A DNA stretch of 64,000 nucleotides from an uncultured bacterium (GTDB lineage Bacteria; Bacillota_I; Bacilli_A; RFN20; CAG-826), in the NCBI GenBank assembly GCA_949285325.1, contig CASDYZ010000007.1, positions 17,215 to 81,214 of the forward strand, in the 5' to 3' direction. Positions within the stretch are counted from its first letter, which is position 1; each line of letters begins with the position of its first letter. Shown in pieces: positions 1-9,917 of the stretch. Made by a program: the position numbers and the translations under genes. The notes beneath the pieces are model-generated. The model ran no database searches and was not told the origin of the DNA. It was given only the letters and a program-made list of their open reading frames with translations.

Positions 1-11
1 CCTTGCTTTTA

Positions 12-467
12 TTATAAAGCGATATTTATAATTTTGAATAAAATATTTTTAAAGTGCTCTCCTAATTCAAAAATGAGTGTCTTTTTCACTTCCTCACTTC
101 CTGTCGCTTTTTTTGTTATTTCATAATTAGATATTTTAAGTAATGTCGGGGTGCCGTATATACAAGCTCCACTATCCGTTCCACAAAGCGGTACGCTATC
201 GTCATAATGAATAAAATAAATAGGTAGTAAATTACTTAAAGAAATTGTCAAAATATCTTGTTTAATTTCATTACAGTGTAGACAATTAATTTGATAGATG
301 TAGACAAAATAATTTATTTCATTAATTGAATATAATTCCTCCCAAGAAATATGTTTTTCTTCTACATCAAAATAAGTAAATTCTTTTATTTGTCTATCAG
401 TGTCATAATCAAATGAAACGCAAGAACAAAGACTAAATAATAAAGGTAAAAAAATTAATTTCCTCAT
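12..467 (-). CDS. Thioredoxin-fold lipoprotein
   Basis: Signal peptide with lipobox (LFSLCSC), CxxC motif (CLHC) and cis-Pro-like motif GTPTL. Confidence 0.7.
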   Translation of the reverse strand: MRKLIFLPLLFSLCSCVSFDYDTDRQIKEFTYFDVEEKHISWEELYSINEINYFVYIYQINCLHCNEIKQDILTISLSNLLPIYFIHYDDSVPLCGTDSGACIYGTPTLLKISNYEITKKATGSEEVKKTLIFELGEHFKNILFKIINIAL

Positions 468-514
468 ACATTATATATATATGGAAAAAAATTAAGATTT
501 GGTAAAATAATTTT

Positions 515-1435
515 ATGTCTATCTTTAAAAAGAAAGAAACACTTATACAAAATATTACTTATATGGCCGTTATGGCGGCGATAAATGTCGTATTTGTTTT
601 AATGACGACTTTTGTCCCAGTATTGATGTTTTTAATAATTTTTGTCTTGCCATTAACGAGTACGATAGTTACTCTTTTTTGCAAAAAAAGATATTTTCCA
701 ATTTATGCTTTTAGCACTGTCGGGCTTTGTATGCTCGTCACATTTTGGAATATAAGTGACACTCTTTTTTATGTTATCCCTTCAATTATTTCAGGCTTTT
801 TATTTGGAATAATGATAATTTATAAAATCCATTCTCTTTGGGTTATATTTGCGTCTAGTATCATACAGTTGATGTTCACTTACCTAATGATGCCAATAAC
901 AAAATTTTTAACTGGCATCGATATCGTAAATGTCTTTTCTAGTGCTTTTGGAGTAAATAATTTTATATATTTATCATATTTGATACCTAGTTTTATATTC
1001 TTTTTATCTTTAGTGCAATCTTCCTTCTCTTACATAGTGATTAAAGAAGAACTACCAAAATTTAATTATCAATTTAAAGATCATTCTTTGTATTTATGGT
1101 CTAGTTATATCGCTTTATTACTATCATCAATTTGTGTTTTAGTTTTTGCTTTTTTTAACGGGCCTATCGCTTTTTTATTCATGATGATACTTACTTATTT
1201 TGCTATATTTATCATCACTAATTCCATCGCAAATGGGAATAAGGTCGTTTGGATTTGCCTACCTATTGTTGGGTTTATCGGTGTATTAGTTTACGCTTCG
1301 CTTTATAAGTTAGTCGCATCACCAATTAACTATCTACTTATATCTATTATTTTTATTTTACTAGCGTTGGTTGGATTCATTTTTGATATATATAAATTTG
1401 AAAAGAAAAAGAGGGAAAAAATAAAGAGTGAGTAA
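515..1435 (+). CDS. Polytopic membrane protein, YybS/DUF2232-like
   Basis: About 10 hydrophobic segments; N-terminal MAVMAAINVVF...FVP..FVLPL pattern resembles YybS. Confidence 0.55.
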   Translation: MSIFKKKETLIQNITYMAVMAAINVVFVLMTTFVPVLMFLIIFVLPLTSTIVTLFCKKRYFPIYAFSTVGLCMLVTFWNISDTLFYVIPSIISGFLFGIMIIYKIHSLWVIFASSIIQLMFTYLMMPITKFLTGIDIVNVFSSAFGVNNFIYLSYLIPSFIFFLSLVQSSFSYIVIKEELPKFNYQFKDHSLYLWSSYIALLLSSICVLVFAFFNGPIAFLFMMILTYFAIFIITNSIANGNKVVWICLPIVGFIGVLVYASLYKLVASPINYLLISIIFILLALVGFIFDIYKFEKKKREKIKSE

Positions 1436-1477
1436 ACTCTTTTATGATATAATTGTTGTGCTTTATTAAGAGGTTGT

Positions 1478-2173
1478 ATGGCGGGATTTTTTAAAAGTTT
1501 TGGTAAAGGTATTCTCTATGTCTTGTTTCTACCTTTTATTTTGCTCATCTTAGCGGTCTATGCAGTATTTGGTTTAATAATACTCATCATATTATTTTTT
1601 AAAAATGTCATATTATTTTTTAAAGGCAAATCAATTTATAGTGGCTTAGATGAAGATATAAAAGCAAAGGCTATTTTAGACGCGAGTAAAAATGCCGCCC
1701 AGCAAATGATTCAAAATCAATTAAACCCTATCAAACAAAATACGACGACAAACACGACGACAAACAATATATTTATCGTTAACCCAAATGATTTAAATAG
1801 TTTGACAAGCGCTCAACAATTAATACAAAAAGCTAGTGCAATAGATAATGAAATAGTTGAACCACCGCTCATAGAAAATAACGACGTTAAATTAATAAGT
1901 GACAATTCAACAATCGATGAAGATGGGGTAGAAACTATATCGTTATCTCGTCACGAACACACGCCTAAAGAACCGCCAAAAGATGAAATTAAAATAGAAG
2001 AAAAAATAGAAGAAGTAAAAGAAATTAAACCAATAGAGTCACCATCTTCTTTTTATGAACCTAAACAAGGTCGTTTTATTCAAGACGATGATTATATTGA
2101 TAACGAGGAAGAAGATACATCAGGAGTATCAATATCATCTTTTAAAACTAATGATAAAGGAGGCAAAAAATAA
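1478..2173 (+). CDS. Hypothetical membrane-anchored protein with long acidic low-complexity tail
   Basis: Extended -10 TGATATAAT and GAGG SD upstream; hydrophobic N-terminus then Q/N/E/D-rich tail. Confidence 0.75.
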   Translation: MAGFFKSFGKGILYVLFLPFILLILAVYAVFGLIILIILFFKNVILFFKGKSIYSGLDEDIKAKAILDASKNAAQQMIQNQLNPIKQNTTTNTTTNNIFIVNPNDLNSLTSAQQLIQKASAIDNEIVEPPLIENNDVKLISDNSTIDEDGVETISLSRHEHTPKEPPKDEIKIEEKIEEVKEIKPIESPSSFYEPKQGRFIQDDDYIDNEEEDTSGVSISSFKTNDKGGKK

Positions 2174-2955
2174 TGAATACTATTCTTATTCAATTATCAG
2201 AAAATGATAAGAGATTAATTTTTGCCCTCTTATTAATTTTAATATTAGTGTTTGTCCTCATCGGTTTTATTGGTATGTGGATAACTAAAGTGATGAAATG
2301 GCAAGGTAAAAAGATGGATACACTTGTGCACGACGCGGTTGTCACTAGAGTCATAACTGATAGAAAACATCTATTAAAATATGGGAGAAAAAAGAACTTT
2401 AGATATTTTTATAAACAAGCGTGGATACCACTTCTTTTAATTGTAATTTCCTTTATAATTTTATTAATTACATGCCTGATCCGCATGGATTTTAATTATA
2501 ATATATTCGATTATCACAAAACTGGAATAGGGACAATTTTATATATTTGGGACTTTAATGACCCTGATATTTATGTCGAGTGGTTTGGTATTAATATCAT
2601 CGCGAATTGGCCTCCACTGATACATGAACCGACATTTGAAGTTGAGGCCATTGGCTCGTATTTATTCGTGCCGACATTTTTAGTTGGGGCAGTTTGGTAT
2701 TTGATAGTTATCCAATGTTTAATTGCAAGAAGTTTTCGTTTAAGAAGACTAAGTCAGTCTATTTTTGAAAAAAGTCTTGAAGGATATAATCAAAACGATA
2801 TCAATAATCAACTTTTAGGTCTTATGGGCGGTGTGGCGACTAATATGGTCAACAATAAACAAAACGAACAAACGCAAAACGCTAGTCAAAATGAACAACA
2901 AAACTATATAGAAAGACCCCCACTAGGTGGAGGTCAAAATAACAATAATAATTAA
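2173..2955 (+). CDS. Hypothetical membrane protein (3 TM, Q/N-rich tail)
   Basis: AAGGAGG SD and TAATG stop/start overlap with the upstream gene. Confidence 0.8.
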   Translation: MNTILIQLSENDKRLIFALLLILILVFVLIGFIGMWITKVMKWQGKKMDTLVHDAVVTRVITDRKHLLKYGRKKNFRYFYKQAWIPLLLIVISFIILLITCLIRMDFNYNIFDYHKTGIGTILYIWDFNDPDIYVEWFGINIIANWPPLIHEPTFEVEAIGSYLFVPTFLVGAVWYLIVIQCLIARSFRLRRLSQSIFEKSLEGYNQNDINNQLLGLMGGVATNMVNNKQNEQTQNASQNEQQNYIERPPLGGGQNNNNN

Positions 2956-2956
2956 C

Positions 2957-3103
2957 TTATTTTAAGAATACGATAAATAGTTCAACGACCAAATAAACTA
3001 CTAAAGCAAAATCAATCGCGACTAATAACCACATGATACGAAATCGCGATTTTTTTCTTCTATTTAATTCCTCTTGAGTGTTGACGACTTTGTTCTTTTT
3101 CAT
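2957..3103 (-). CDS. Small single-TM protein, 48 aa (MKKNKVVNTQEELNRRKKSRFRIMWLLVAIDFALVVYLVVELFIVFLK)
   Basis: Translated by hand; begins 7 nt after the asnS stop and fills the gap; basic N-terminus then C-terminal TM helix. Confidence 0.7.
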   Translation of the reverse strand: MKKNKVVNTQEELNRRKKSRFRIMWLLVAIDFALVVYLVVELFIVFLK

Positions 3104-3109
3104 ATCCAA

Positions 3110-4489
3110 TTAATATTTTATCGTATTTGATGTTCTTGGGTAAGGTTGAACATCACGAATATTTTGCATGCCTGTGACATACATCAAAAGACGATCAAAA
3201 CCAATACCGAATCCAGAATGGACACATCCTCCATAACGTCTAGTATCTAAATACCAATCTAATTCATCTTTAATGCCCATTTTTTCCATCTTATTTGCTA
3301 AGACATCATATCTTTCTTCTCTTTGAGAGCCACCGACTAATTCACCGACTGCCGGGACGAGTAAGTCGCATGCGGCCACCGTTTTCCCATCGTCGTTTTC
3401 TTTCATATAAAACGCTTTAATTTCTTTTGGATAATCAATTAAAAACACCGGGCCTTTTACTACTTGTTCAGTAATGTATCTTTCGTGTTCTGAAAGTAAA
3501 TCCATGCCCCATTTAATGTCGCAGTTTTCAAATTTATGTCCATCCTCCACTGCTTTTGTTAAAATCTCAATTGCTCTCGTATAAGTCATTCTTTGAAAAT
3601 CGCTGTTATAGACATGCTTTAATCTTTCAATCAATGTTTTATCGATCATTGTGTTAAAGAATTCCATTTCATCAGGGCATTTATCAAATAGAGTTTTTAT
3701 GCAGTATTTGACACACTGCTCGATGACATCCATATTCCCATCTAAATCAGTAAACGCCATCTCGGGCTCAATCATCCAAAATTCAGAAGCATGTCTCACG
3801 GTGTTAGAATGCTCCGCTCTAAAGACAGGGCCAAATGTATAAACATTTCTAAATGCAAGAGCAAATGGCTCGACATGAAGTTGACCAGTAACTGTCAAAT
3901 TAACTTTTCTCCCATAAAATGCATTTTCATCTTTTTGGTCGTGAGTCACTACATCAAAAACATTCCCAGCCCCTTCACCATCATTAGTGGTTATAATAGG
4001 GGTGTGAACATACATGAAATCGTGGTCTTGAAAAAAATGATGAATAGCCATCGTAAGGACATTTCTAACACGAAATAAAGCATTAAAAGTATTTGCTCTT
4101 GGTCTTAGATGAGCAATATCTCTTAAAAATTCAAAGGTATGTTTTTTCTTTTGAAGAGGATAATCGTCTAGGATATCTCCTTCTAATTTGGCTTCTTTAA
4201 TTTTAATTTCTAACGGTTGTTTTCCTTGTGGAGTGTATACGACTTCACCGCTGACGCTTAAACACGCACCAGTTCTAACAGAAGAGAGCAATTTAATAAA
4301 ATCATTAGAGGAAGTATAAACAAGTTGAATATTTTTAAAACACGAACCATCGTTTAATTCAATAAAACCAATTGAACCATTGTCGCGGTTAGTTCTCACC
4401 CAACCGCTCAACATGACAATCTTACCTTCAAAAGATTTGTCAGAAACGCTCATAAATAATTTTTGTGCTGTTGTTTTAATGCCTTCCAT
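3110..4489 (-). CDS. asnS: Asparagine--tRNA ligase
   Basis: OB-fold GWVRTNR, LTVTGQL, FGPVFRAEHSNTVRHASEFWMIEPE, GGSQREER, GFGIGFDR. Confidence 0.97.
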   Translation of the reverse strand: MEGIKTTAQKLFMSVSDKSFEGKIVMLSGWVRTNRDNGSIGFIELNDGSCFKNIQLVYTSSNDFIKLLSSVRTGACLSVSGEVVYTPQGKQPLEIKIKEAKLEGDILDDYPLQKKKHTFEFLRDIAHLRPRANTFNALFRVRNVLTMAIHHFFQDHDFMYVHTPIITTNDGEGAGNVFDVVTHDQKDENAFYGRKVNLTVTGQLHVEPFALAFRNVYTFGPVFRAEHSNTVRHASEFWMIEPEMAFTDLDGNMDVIEQCVKYCIKTLFDKCPDEMEFFNTMIDKTLIERLKHVYNSDFQRMTYTRAIEILTKAVEDGHKFENCDIKWGMDLLSEHERYITEQVVKGPVFLIDYPKEIKAFYMKENDDGKTVAACDLLVPAVGELVGGSQREERYDVLANKMEKMGIKDELDWYLDTRRYGGCVHSGFGIGFDRLLMYVTGMQNIRDVQPYPRTSNTIKY

Positions 4490-4553
4490 ATTTTTATACC
4501 TCTAAATTCGATTAGTAATAATTATACATCTAAAATCTAAAAATTGACTTTAT

Positions 4554-5570
4554 TTATTTAAAATTTAAATAATCAGATAATTCCCAATTTGGATCTACTC
4601 CTATATCCAGTAGGGCAAATATTTTTCTTTCATATAATTTTTCCCCCACTTTTGCAATCATCGACGCGTTATCTGTCGTGCACCATAAAGGTGGAATAAT
4701 GACATTGACACCTAATTTATCCATTTCAATTTTAATTTGTTCTCTTAAATAACTATTTGCTGACACCCCACCCGCTAAAACGATATTTTTAATCTTGTAC
4801 ATTTTCACCGCTTTAATAGTTCTTTTTATCAATTCTCCAATCGCGACATCTTGAAAAGATTTACACATATTTTTTACATTTATTTCTTCACCTTTTTGAG
4901 TGAGGTTGTGCACTAGATTAATAACATTAGTTTTAAGTCCTGAATAAGATAAATCTAAAGTATCTTCACCTTTTAAAGGAATTGGTAAATCATAGGTGTG
5001 TTCACCTTCCTTAGCTAGATTATCAATTGGGACACCGCCTGGATATGGTAGTCCAAGAACTCTTGCGACCTTGTCGTAGCATTCTCCAATCGCATCATCT
5101 CTAGTGTGTCCGATAATTTTGAAATCGAGTTCTTTTTCCATATATACGAATTCAGAATTGCCCCCACTGACGACAACTGCTAAAAGTGGGTAGGTTAAAG
5201 GTTTATCAAATTCATTAGCGTATATATGCCCGGCTAGATGATGGACAGGTATAAGTGGTTTTTCATATAGCATAGATAGTGTTTTCGCGGCTTGCATCCC
5301 GACGTGAAGCGCCCCGATTAATCCAGGGCCTCGAGTAATAGCAAATGCATCTATTTCATCTAATTTCACCCCTGCTTTAATAAGCGCTTCTCTAAGAACT
5401 ATCGTTATATTTTCAGTATGTAATCTAGAGGCAATTTCAGGCATGACTCCTCCATATTTTGCATGCACTTCTATTTGCGTTGATACGACATTAGAAAGAA
5501 GCTTTCCATCTTTAATTATTGCCACGCCAGTCTCATCACAGCTCGACTCAATTGCTAGTATGCTTGCCAT
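4554..5570 (-). CDS. tsaD: tRNA N6-adenosine threonylcarbamoyltransferase TsaD
   Basis: ILAIESSCDET, GGVMPEIASRLH, HHLAGH, TRDDAIGECYDK, TDNASMI; start moved to ATG 5570 after GAGGTG. Confidence 0.97.
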   Translation of the reverse strand: MASILAIESSCDETGVAIIKDGKLLSNVVSTQIEVHAKYGGVMPEIASRLHTENITIVLREALIKAGVKLDEIDAFAITRGPGLIGALHVGMQAAKTLSMLYEKPLIPVHHLAGHIYANEFDKPLTYPLLAVVVSGGNSEFVYMEKELDFKIIGHTRDDAIGECYDKVARVLGLPYPGGVPIDNLAKEGEHTYDLPIPLKGEDTLDLSYSGLKTNVINLVHNLTQKGEEINVKNMCKSFQDVAIGELIKRTIKAVKMYKIKNIVLAGGVSANSYLREQIKIEMDKLGVNVIIPPLWCTTDNASMIAKVGEKLYERKIFALLDIGVDPNWELSDYLNFK

Positions 5571-6036
5571 TAAGATCCACCTCCAATTCCATAATAATCG
5601 CATTGTCCCCATTTGTGTAATATTGGGGTTTTACCAACTTTTTTACAAATCCATGTTTTAAATAAAAATTAATCGCATTTTTATTATTTTCCCGCACTTC
5701 TAAGGTAATTGATTTAATTTTTTTAGAAAAACAATCATTATAAATCTCATCCATCAACGCACTTCCTAAGTTTCTTTTTTGTAGTGAAGGGTGAATGGCG
5801 ATTTGTATGATTGAGGCGGTGTCAAAAAGCGTCCAATAAATACTAAATCCCGCGATTATAGATTTTCCTTCATAAGATAATTCTATTACCCACGGATTAG
5901 AATAAGGATTATCATTTATCTCATATAACATATTGTCTTTATTGTAAGGGGAGAGGAAACATAAATTTTCTATCTCCATGACAGAAGATAAATCTTTGTC
6001 TTCCATTCGTCTTATATCAATATTTAAAAATTTCAT
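5548..6036 (-). CDS. rimI: Ribosomal-protein-alanine N-acetyltransferase (GNAT)
   Basis: TLEVRENN..AINFYLKHGF...YY motif; typical position between tsaB and tsaD. Confidence 0.9.
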   Translation of the reverse strand: MKFLNIDIRRMEDKDLSSVMEIENLCFLSPYNKDNMLYEINDNPYSNPWVIELSYEGKSIIAGFSIYWTLFDTASIIQIAIHPSLQKRNLGSALMDEIYNDCFSKKIKSITLEVRENNKNAINFYLKHGFVKKLVKPQYYTNGDNAIIMELEVDLNGKHTSN

Positions 6037-6042
6037 TTTCTT

Positions 6043-6633
6043 TTAATCCTTTAAATACATAGGCTTAACTAAATCTGGGTTAATGGTCATAGTTAGTGTT
6101 TCTTTTAAATCAAGCATTCTCAAAAATATATTTTCACATTTCTCACCAAGATTTAAATATTTACATTCGCCAGCGATTTTATAGTTTTTATTTTCATTTA
6201 TATAGGTTAAAATATCATCGTTATTCATTATTCTGTCTTCTAAGATGATTTCATGTTTATCATACACTCCTATATACGACCTATTACTCCTTGCGTTCAT
6301 TAAACAAATCGTCTTGTCATCAATAAAAGAAAGTATTCTAAGAGAACTTATTGGATATATTGGTATATTAAGTGCGAGTGACATCACTTTTGCGATAGTA
6401 AGAGAAATCCTTACTCCAGTATATGAGCCAGGACCTATCCCCACTATTAGGTCCTTTATTTCTTCTTTTTTAATGTTATGTTTCTTTAATAAATTATCTA
6501 ATTCTTTCACCATATATTCTGATTGTCTTTGCCAAGCCTCATAATTTATGGTGTCGATTAAATCTTTATCTTTAGAAAGACCGATTGAAAGCATATTTGC
6601 GCTTGAATCTAATAGAATGGTGTACTGCTTCAT
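6043..6633 (-). CDS. tsaB: tRNA threonylcarbamoyladenosine biosynthesis protein TsaB
   Basis: VGIGPGSYTGVRI motif and operon context. Confidence 0.93.
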   Translation of the reverse strand: MKQYTILLDSSANMLSIGLSKDKDLIDTINYEAWQRQSEYMVKELDNLLKKHNIKKEEIKDLIVGIGPGSYTGVRISLTIAKVMSLALNIPIYPISSLRILSFIDDKTICLMNARSNRSYIGVYDKHEIILEDRIMNNDDILTYINENKNYKIAGECKYLNLGEKCENIFLRMLDLKETLTMTINPDLVKPMYLKD

Positions 6634-7082
6634 AATTTATTTACCTCATCTATAAAATCTTTATTATCGCTTTCAATTTCAATGAGTCTTTCATCGTCTT
6701 TTTTATTTGTAATAGTAATATTAATCGCATCTTTAGGTATTAATTTATTAATATAATCTGGCCATTCAATCATCGTGATACCATTATCAATACCTATGTA
6801 TTCATCTAATCCTATATCAGCGTCATTATCTAAAAGACGATAGGCATCGATATGGACTAGTGGTATCTTCCCCTTTAAATAAAGTTTCATAATATTAAAA
6901 GTTGGTGAGATGACAGTCTCATTGATATTTAGTCCTTTGGCCACTCCTTTTACTAATGTCGTCTTCCCCGCGCCTAAATCACCTTTTAAGCATATTGTTG
7001 AGCCTAGAGGTAAAATATAGGCAAGTCTTTCTCCAAGATGCATTGTTTCTATATTAGACGATGTATTAAAATTAATTTTCAT
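6630..7082 (-). CDS. tsaE: tRNA threonylcarbamoyladenosine ATPase TsaE
   Basis: GDLGAGKTT, SPTF, HIDAYRL, IEWP; start may be GTG 7091 instead. Confidence 0.95.
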   Translation of the reverse strand: MKINFNTSSNIETMHLGERLAYILPLGSTICLKGDLGAGKTTLVKGVAKGLNINETVISPTFNIMKLYLKGKIPLVHIDAYRLLDNDADIGLDEYIGIDNGITMIEWPDYINKLIPKDAINITITNKKDDERLIEIESDNKDFIDEVNKL

Positions 7083-7087
7083 TATTT

Positions 7088-7630
7088 TCACCTTCTACTT
7101 TTTTTATTTGGAAGCATCGATAAAAATTTTTCATAATACTGTTTTATTTTTAAATCATTAAATGGAAATACTTGCTTACGCATCATATCGGTGACGCTTT
7201 TGATATAGTAATTTAAAACAGTATCGAGCTTTTCACTATATGAATATATATCTTTATTTCGAGTATATTCTTTTTCATCTAAAATGATGACTTTGTGATT
7301 AGGATATAATTTGGCGTCTAAATCATAATCAATATATAAAATGCTTTCTTTGTGAATGATAGACGGGGAAGCAATATTGCAGTAATAACAAATCCCATCA
7401 TCCTTAATCATACATATGACATTCCACCATTCTTTTTTAGAAAAGATAGTGACCGCGGGCTCTTTTGTAAACCATCTCCTGCCATTAGTTTCTATTACTT
7501 TTGCTTTTTTAGAAGCGACAACGATAAAATCATCGTTGTTTTCTAATACTAAACCACGATCCCACACACGATGAAGCGTGCCATCGTGCTTATAACTGAT
7601 AACATTTAACCAATGACCGATATATTCCAT
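7088..7630 (-). CDS. DUF402 family nucleoside tri-diphosphate phosphatase (YgaC/SA1684-like)
   Basis: SYKHDGTLHRVW, WFTKEPA, YYCNIASP, YIDYDLD. Confidence 0.9.
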   Translation of the reverse strand: MEYIGHWLNVISYKHDGTLHRVWDRGLVLENNDDFIVVASKKAKVIETNGRRWFTKEPAVTIFSKKEWWNVICMIKDDGICYYCNIASPSIIHKESILYIDYDLDAKLYPNHKVIILDEKEYTRNKDIYSYSEKLDTVLNYYIKSVTDMMRKQVFPFNDLKIKQYYEKFLSMLPNKKSRR

Positions 7631-7647
7631 AGGTTCGGCCCTCTTTT

Positions 7648-8709
7648 TTATTTATTAATAATTAAACAAGTCTCAAGTATGTCGATTAAATTATTTCTAT
7701 ATTGTTGAGTCGCACTCTTTTTAAAAGGTTCTTGAAAAGGTAAGGATATAACCGCATCTGTATATGATAAATAAACTGCGGTGTGTCCTCCCCACACCCC
7801 AACATTGACATTTAACAAATCATCTTCAATTTTAATATTTTTAAGTTTTGATAAAAATTTAGGGGTAAGTATCTTTTTATAATCTGCGCCTTCAGGCCCA
7901 TAGATTGTATAAGATTCTTCTTGTTCTAAGATTGTTAAATCAGAAATGTCTGAAGGTAAATCAACTGGTTTTAATCCTTTAAAATTGATGATAAATCTTC
8001 CATCAAATTTAAGAGTGTTTGAAGTAATTAAATATTTACCAACAAATGCAGCGTTTGGTCTATTTTTTTCTCCAGGAACATAGGCCGCCATATCGCTGAC
8101 CTTAAATCTTTTATCTTTATATACTCCCACCACGACATTACGTGAACCAGTTCTAATAACATTCTCGTATACTCTATCGGACATGACTTCAGATTGATCT
8201 ATTTTTTCAAGTGGATCATATAGAGCTTTTGAGAAATCATTAGACTCAAAACAGTATCCATTTAATTGTTGATTGACATATTCAATATATTCTCTTGTCG
8301 CATTAGGAAATTTGTTTCTAATAAAGAAATAATAAATGATAATCGCGACGATTGCCGCCCCACCAAGACAGTAACCAACAATCTTCATCCACATCTCTTT
8401 TTGAGCGACCAAAATAAAGCAAATAATAACGATAACTACGACAATCGCCATTAAAATGTTGGAAATCATTTTGTTTTTCTTATATTGAGCGTATAGTTTT
8501 TTTCTCGCTTCTTCGACATTTTCAAGCGATGCTTTTTCAATAATTTTTACATCTTGTTGAGAGGTATTATCTTCTTGATTTTCATCGACTTTTTCATCGT
8601 TAGACACCGTGTCTTCACTCGGTGTATCGTTTTTAATTTCTTCTGTAGTTTCTTCTTTTTTAATCTCTTCAACTACTTCTTTTTCTTGTTTGATATCTTC
8701 TTCTAGCAT
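7648..8709 (-). CDS. Hypothetical membrane protein (acidic N-terminus, 2 TM, DUF3137-like C-terminal domain)
   Basis: Two TM helices; SD GAGGA before ATG 8709; the domain call is a weak resemblance only. Confidence 0.55.
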   Translation of the reverse strand: MLEEDIKQEKEVVEEIKKEETTEEIKNDTPSEDTVSNDEKVDENQEDNTSQQDVKIIEKASLENVEEARKKLYAQYKKNKMISNILMAIVVVIVIICFILVAQKEMWMKIVGYCLGGAAIVAIIIYYFFIRNKFPNATREYIEYVNQQLNGYCFESNDFSKALYDPLEKIDQSEVMSDRVYENVIRTGSRNVVVGVYKDKRFKVSDMAAYVPGEKNRPNAAFVGKYLITSNTLKFDGRFIINFKGLKPVDLPSDISDLTILEQEESYTIYGPEGADYKKILTPKFLSKLKNIKIEDDLLNVNVGVWGGHTAVYLSYTDAVISLPFQEPFKKSATQQYRNNLIDILETCLIINK

Positions 8710-8785
8710 AGGCAAAATCCTCACTTACGATTAAATATACCATAAATGAGGACAAAAATAATTATATATTTTTGATATTAAACAA

Positions 8786-9748
8786 TTATTGTACTTTTTT
8801 TGAATATTTAATATCCATCAACATTATTGGTCGGTATAAAAGTAGAGATAAAACAATGAGCAATATCATACTTGGGCCCATATAAGTAAGTTGATAGATG
8901 AGTGATTCGACAAATCGTGTTTCATAAATAACGATACCCGAAATAGTCGACGCTGCTGTTCTACCTATACAGGCGACGATTATTGCTAACAAAAGAAACA
9001 ATACTCCTTTTACAGTTATCTTTGCTTCTTTATTCATAATTAGTGGTCTAAATAAACCCACTAACGCCATCGAGCCAAAGCCTAATAAATAATCGAGAGG
9101 GTAGGTGATAAATCCATATCCGTCAATTAAACAACTAAGTAAACCAAATACAACTCCGCAAGCAATAAATCCTTTGACAAATCCTTTTCTTAATGAAATA
9201 AGCACTAATGGGACCATCATAAGACTTATAGAGCCACCATTCGCGACTACTTTAATTTCAAATATTGATAAGTCTAAAACAATTGCTAAGCTGACAAACA
9301 CTGCTATTTCAACAATGTCATTGATTGTGAATTGATTTTGTTCAAATATTTTAGAAACAAAATATAAACTTATAACGATTAAGCCTACTCCTAATATAAT
9401 GCTTAAGTTGCCATTAAACACTAAATCCGGATCAACTCCCAAACCATTCGCGTAAAATAAATTACAAAATAAATAAAGCACACCTGTAAACAAGCTTAAG
9501 ATAAATAATGGATATGGTGATGCTTTATCACTTCTAAGTGCAAAACTAACAACGCTGAATGACAATGTTAAAATAAAAGGTAATAACAATAATAAAAAAT
9601 AACCAATATTACCTTTACTACATTCAACAAATGCGTCAATCGCAGTTAGTGAAGTGCTGTTATAAATTAAAAATGGTCCAAATAAACCAAAAATTAAAAA
9701 GGTAAAAACAATTCCTCCTAAAAAATACCTAATGCGTCTTGCTTCCAT
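8786..9748 (-). CDS. thiT: ECF-type thiamine transporter S component ThiT with extra N-terminal TM domain
   Basis: C-terminal ~185 aa has NGGSISL.MVPL and YPLDYLLGF motifs; TPP riboswitch directly upstream. Confidence 0.85.
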   Translation of the reverse strand: MEARRIRYFLGGIVFTFLIFGLFGPFLIYNSTSLTAIDAFVECSKGNIGYFLLLLLPFILTLSFSVVSFALRSDKASPYPLFILSLFTGVLYLFCNLFYANGLGVDPDLVFNGNLSIILGVGLIVISLYFVSKIFEQNQFTINDIVEIAVFVSLAIVLDLSIFEIKVVANGGSISLMMVPLVLISLRKGFVKGFIACGVVFGLLSCLIDGYGFITYPLDYLLGFGSMALVGLFRPLIMNKEAKITVKGVLFLLLAIIVACIGRTAASTISGIVIYETRFVESLIYQLTYMGPSMILLIVLSLLLYRPIMLMDIKYSKKVQ

Positions 9749-9784
9749 AAAAAATCCTCCTTAAAAGGAGGGCAGTTAAAATTT

Positions 9785-9876
9785 TATCTTCCCTCCGCTA
9801 GCATTACCTAGATCAGGTACGGTCGATTCGAAGAAGAATCCTCTCAGTCAGGTTCGCCTAACTCCCAAAAAGATTA
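9785..9876 (-). promoter_or_regulatory. TPP riboswitch
   Basis: Minus strand reads GGGAG..CTGAGA..GACCGTACCTGATCTAGGTAATGCTAGCGGAGGGAAG, the conserved THI-box core; downstream CCCTCC-TTTTAA-GGAGG hairpin covers the thiT SD. Confidence 0.95.
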
Positions 9877-9917
9877 TATTAACTTTGTTAAATTAATAAA
9901 AGAGAAAATATATAAGT

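Noticed and set aside
4490..4553. T-box leader for asnS (and for lysS at 44546-44608)
   Set aside because: Intergenic regions are only about 60 nt, with a -10 close to the start and no T-box motif
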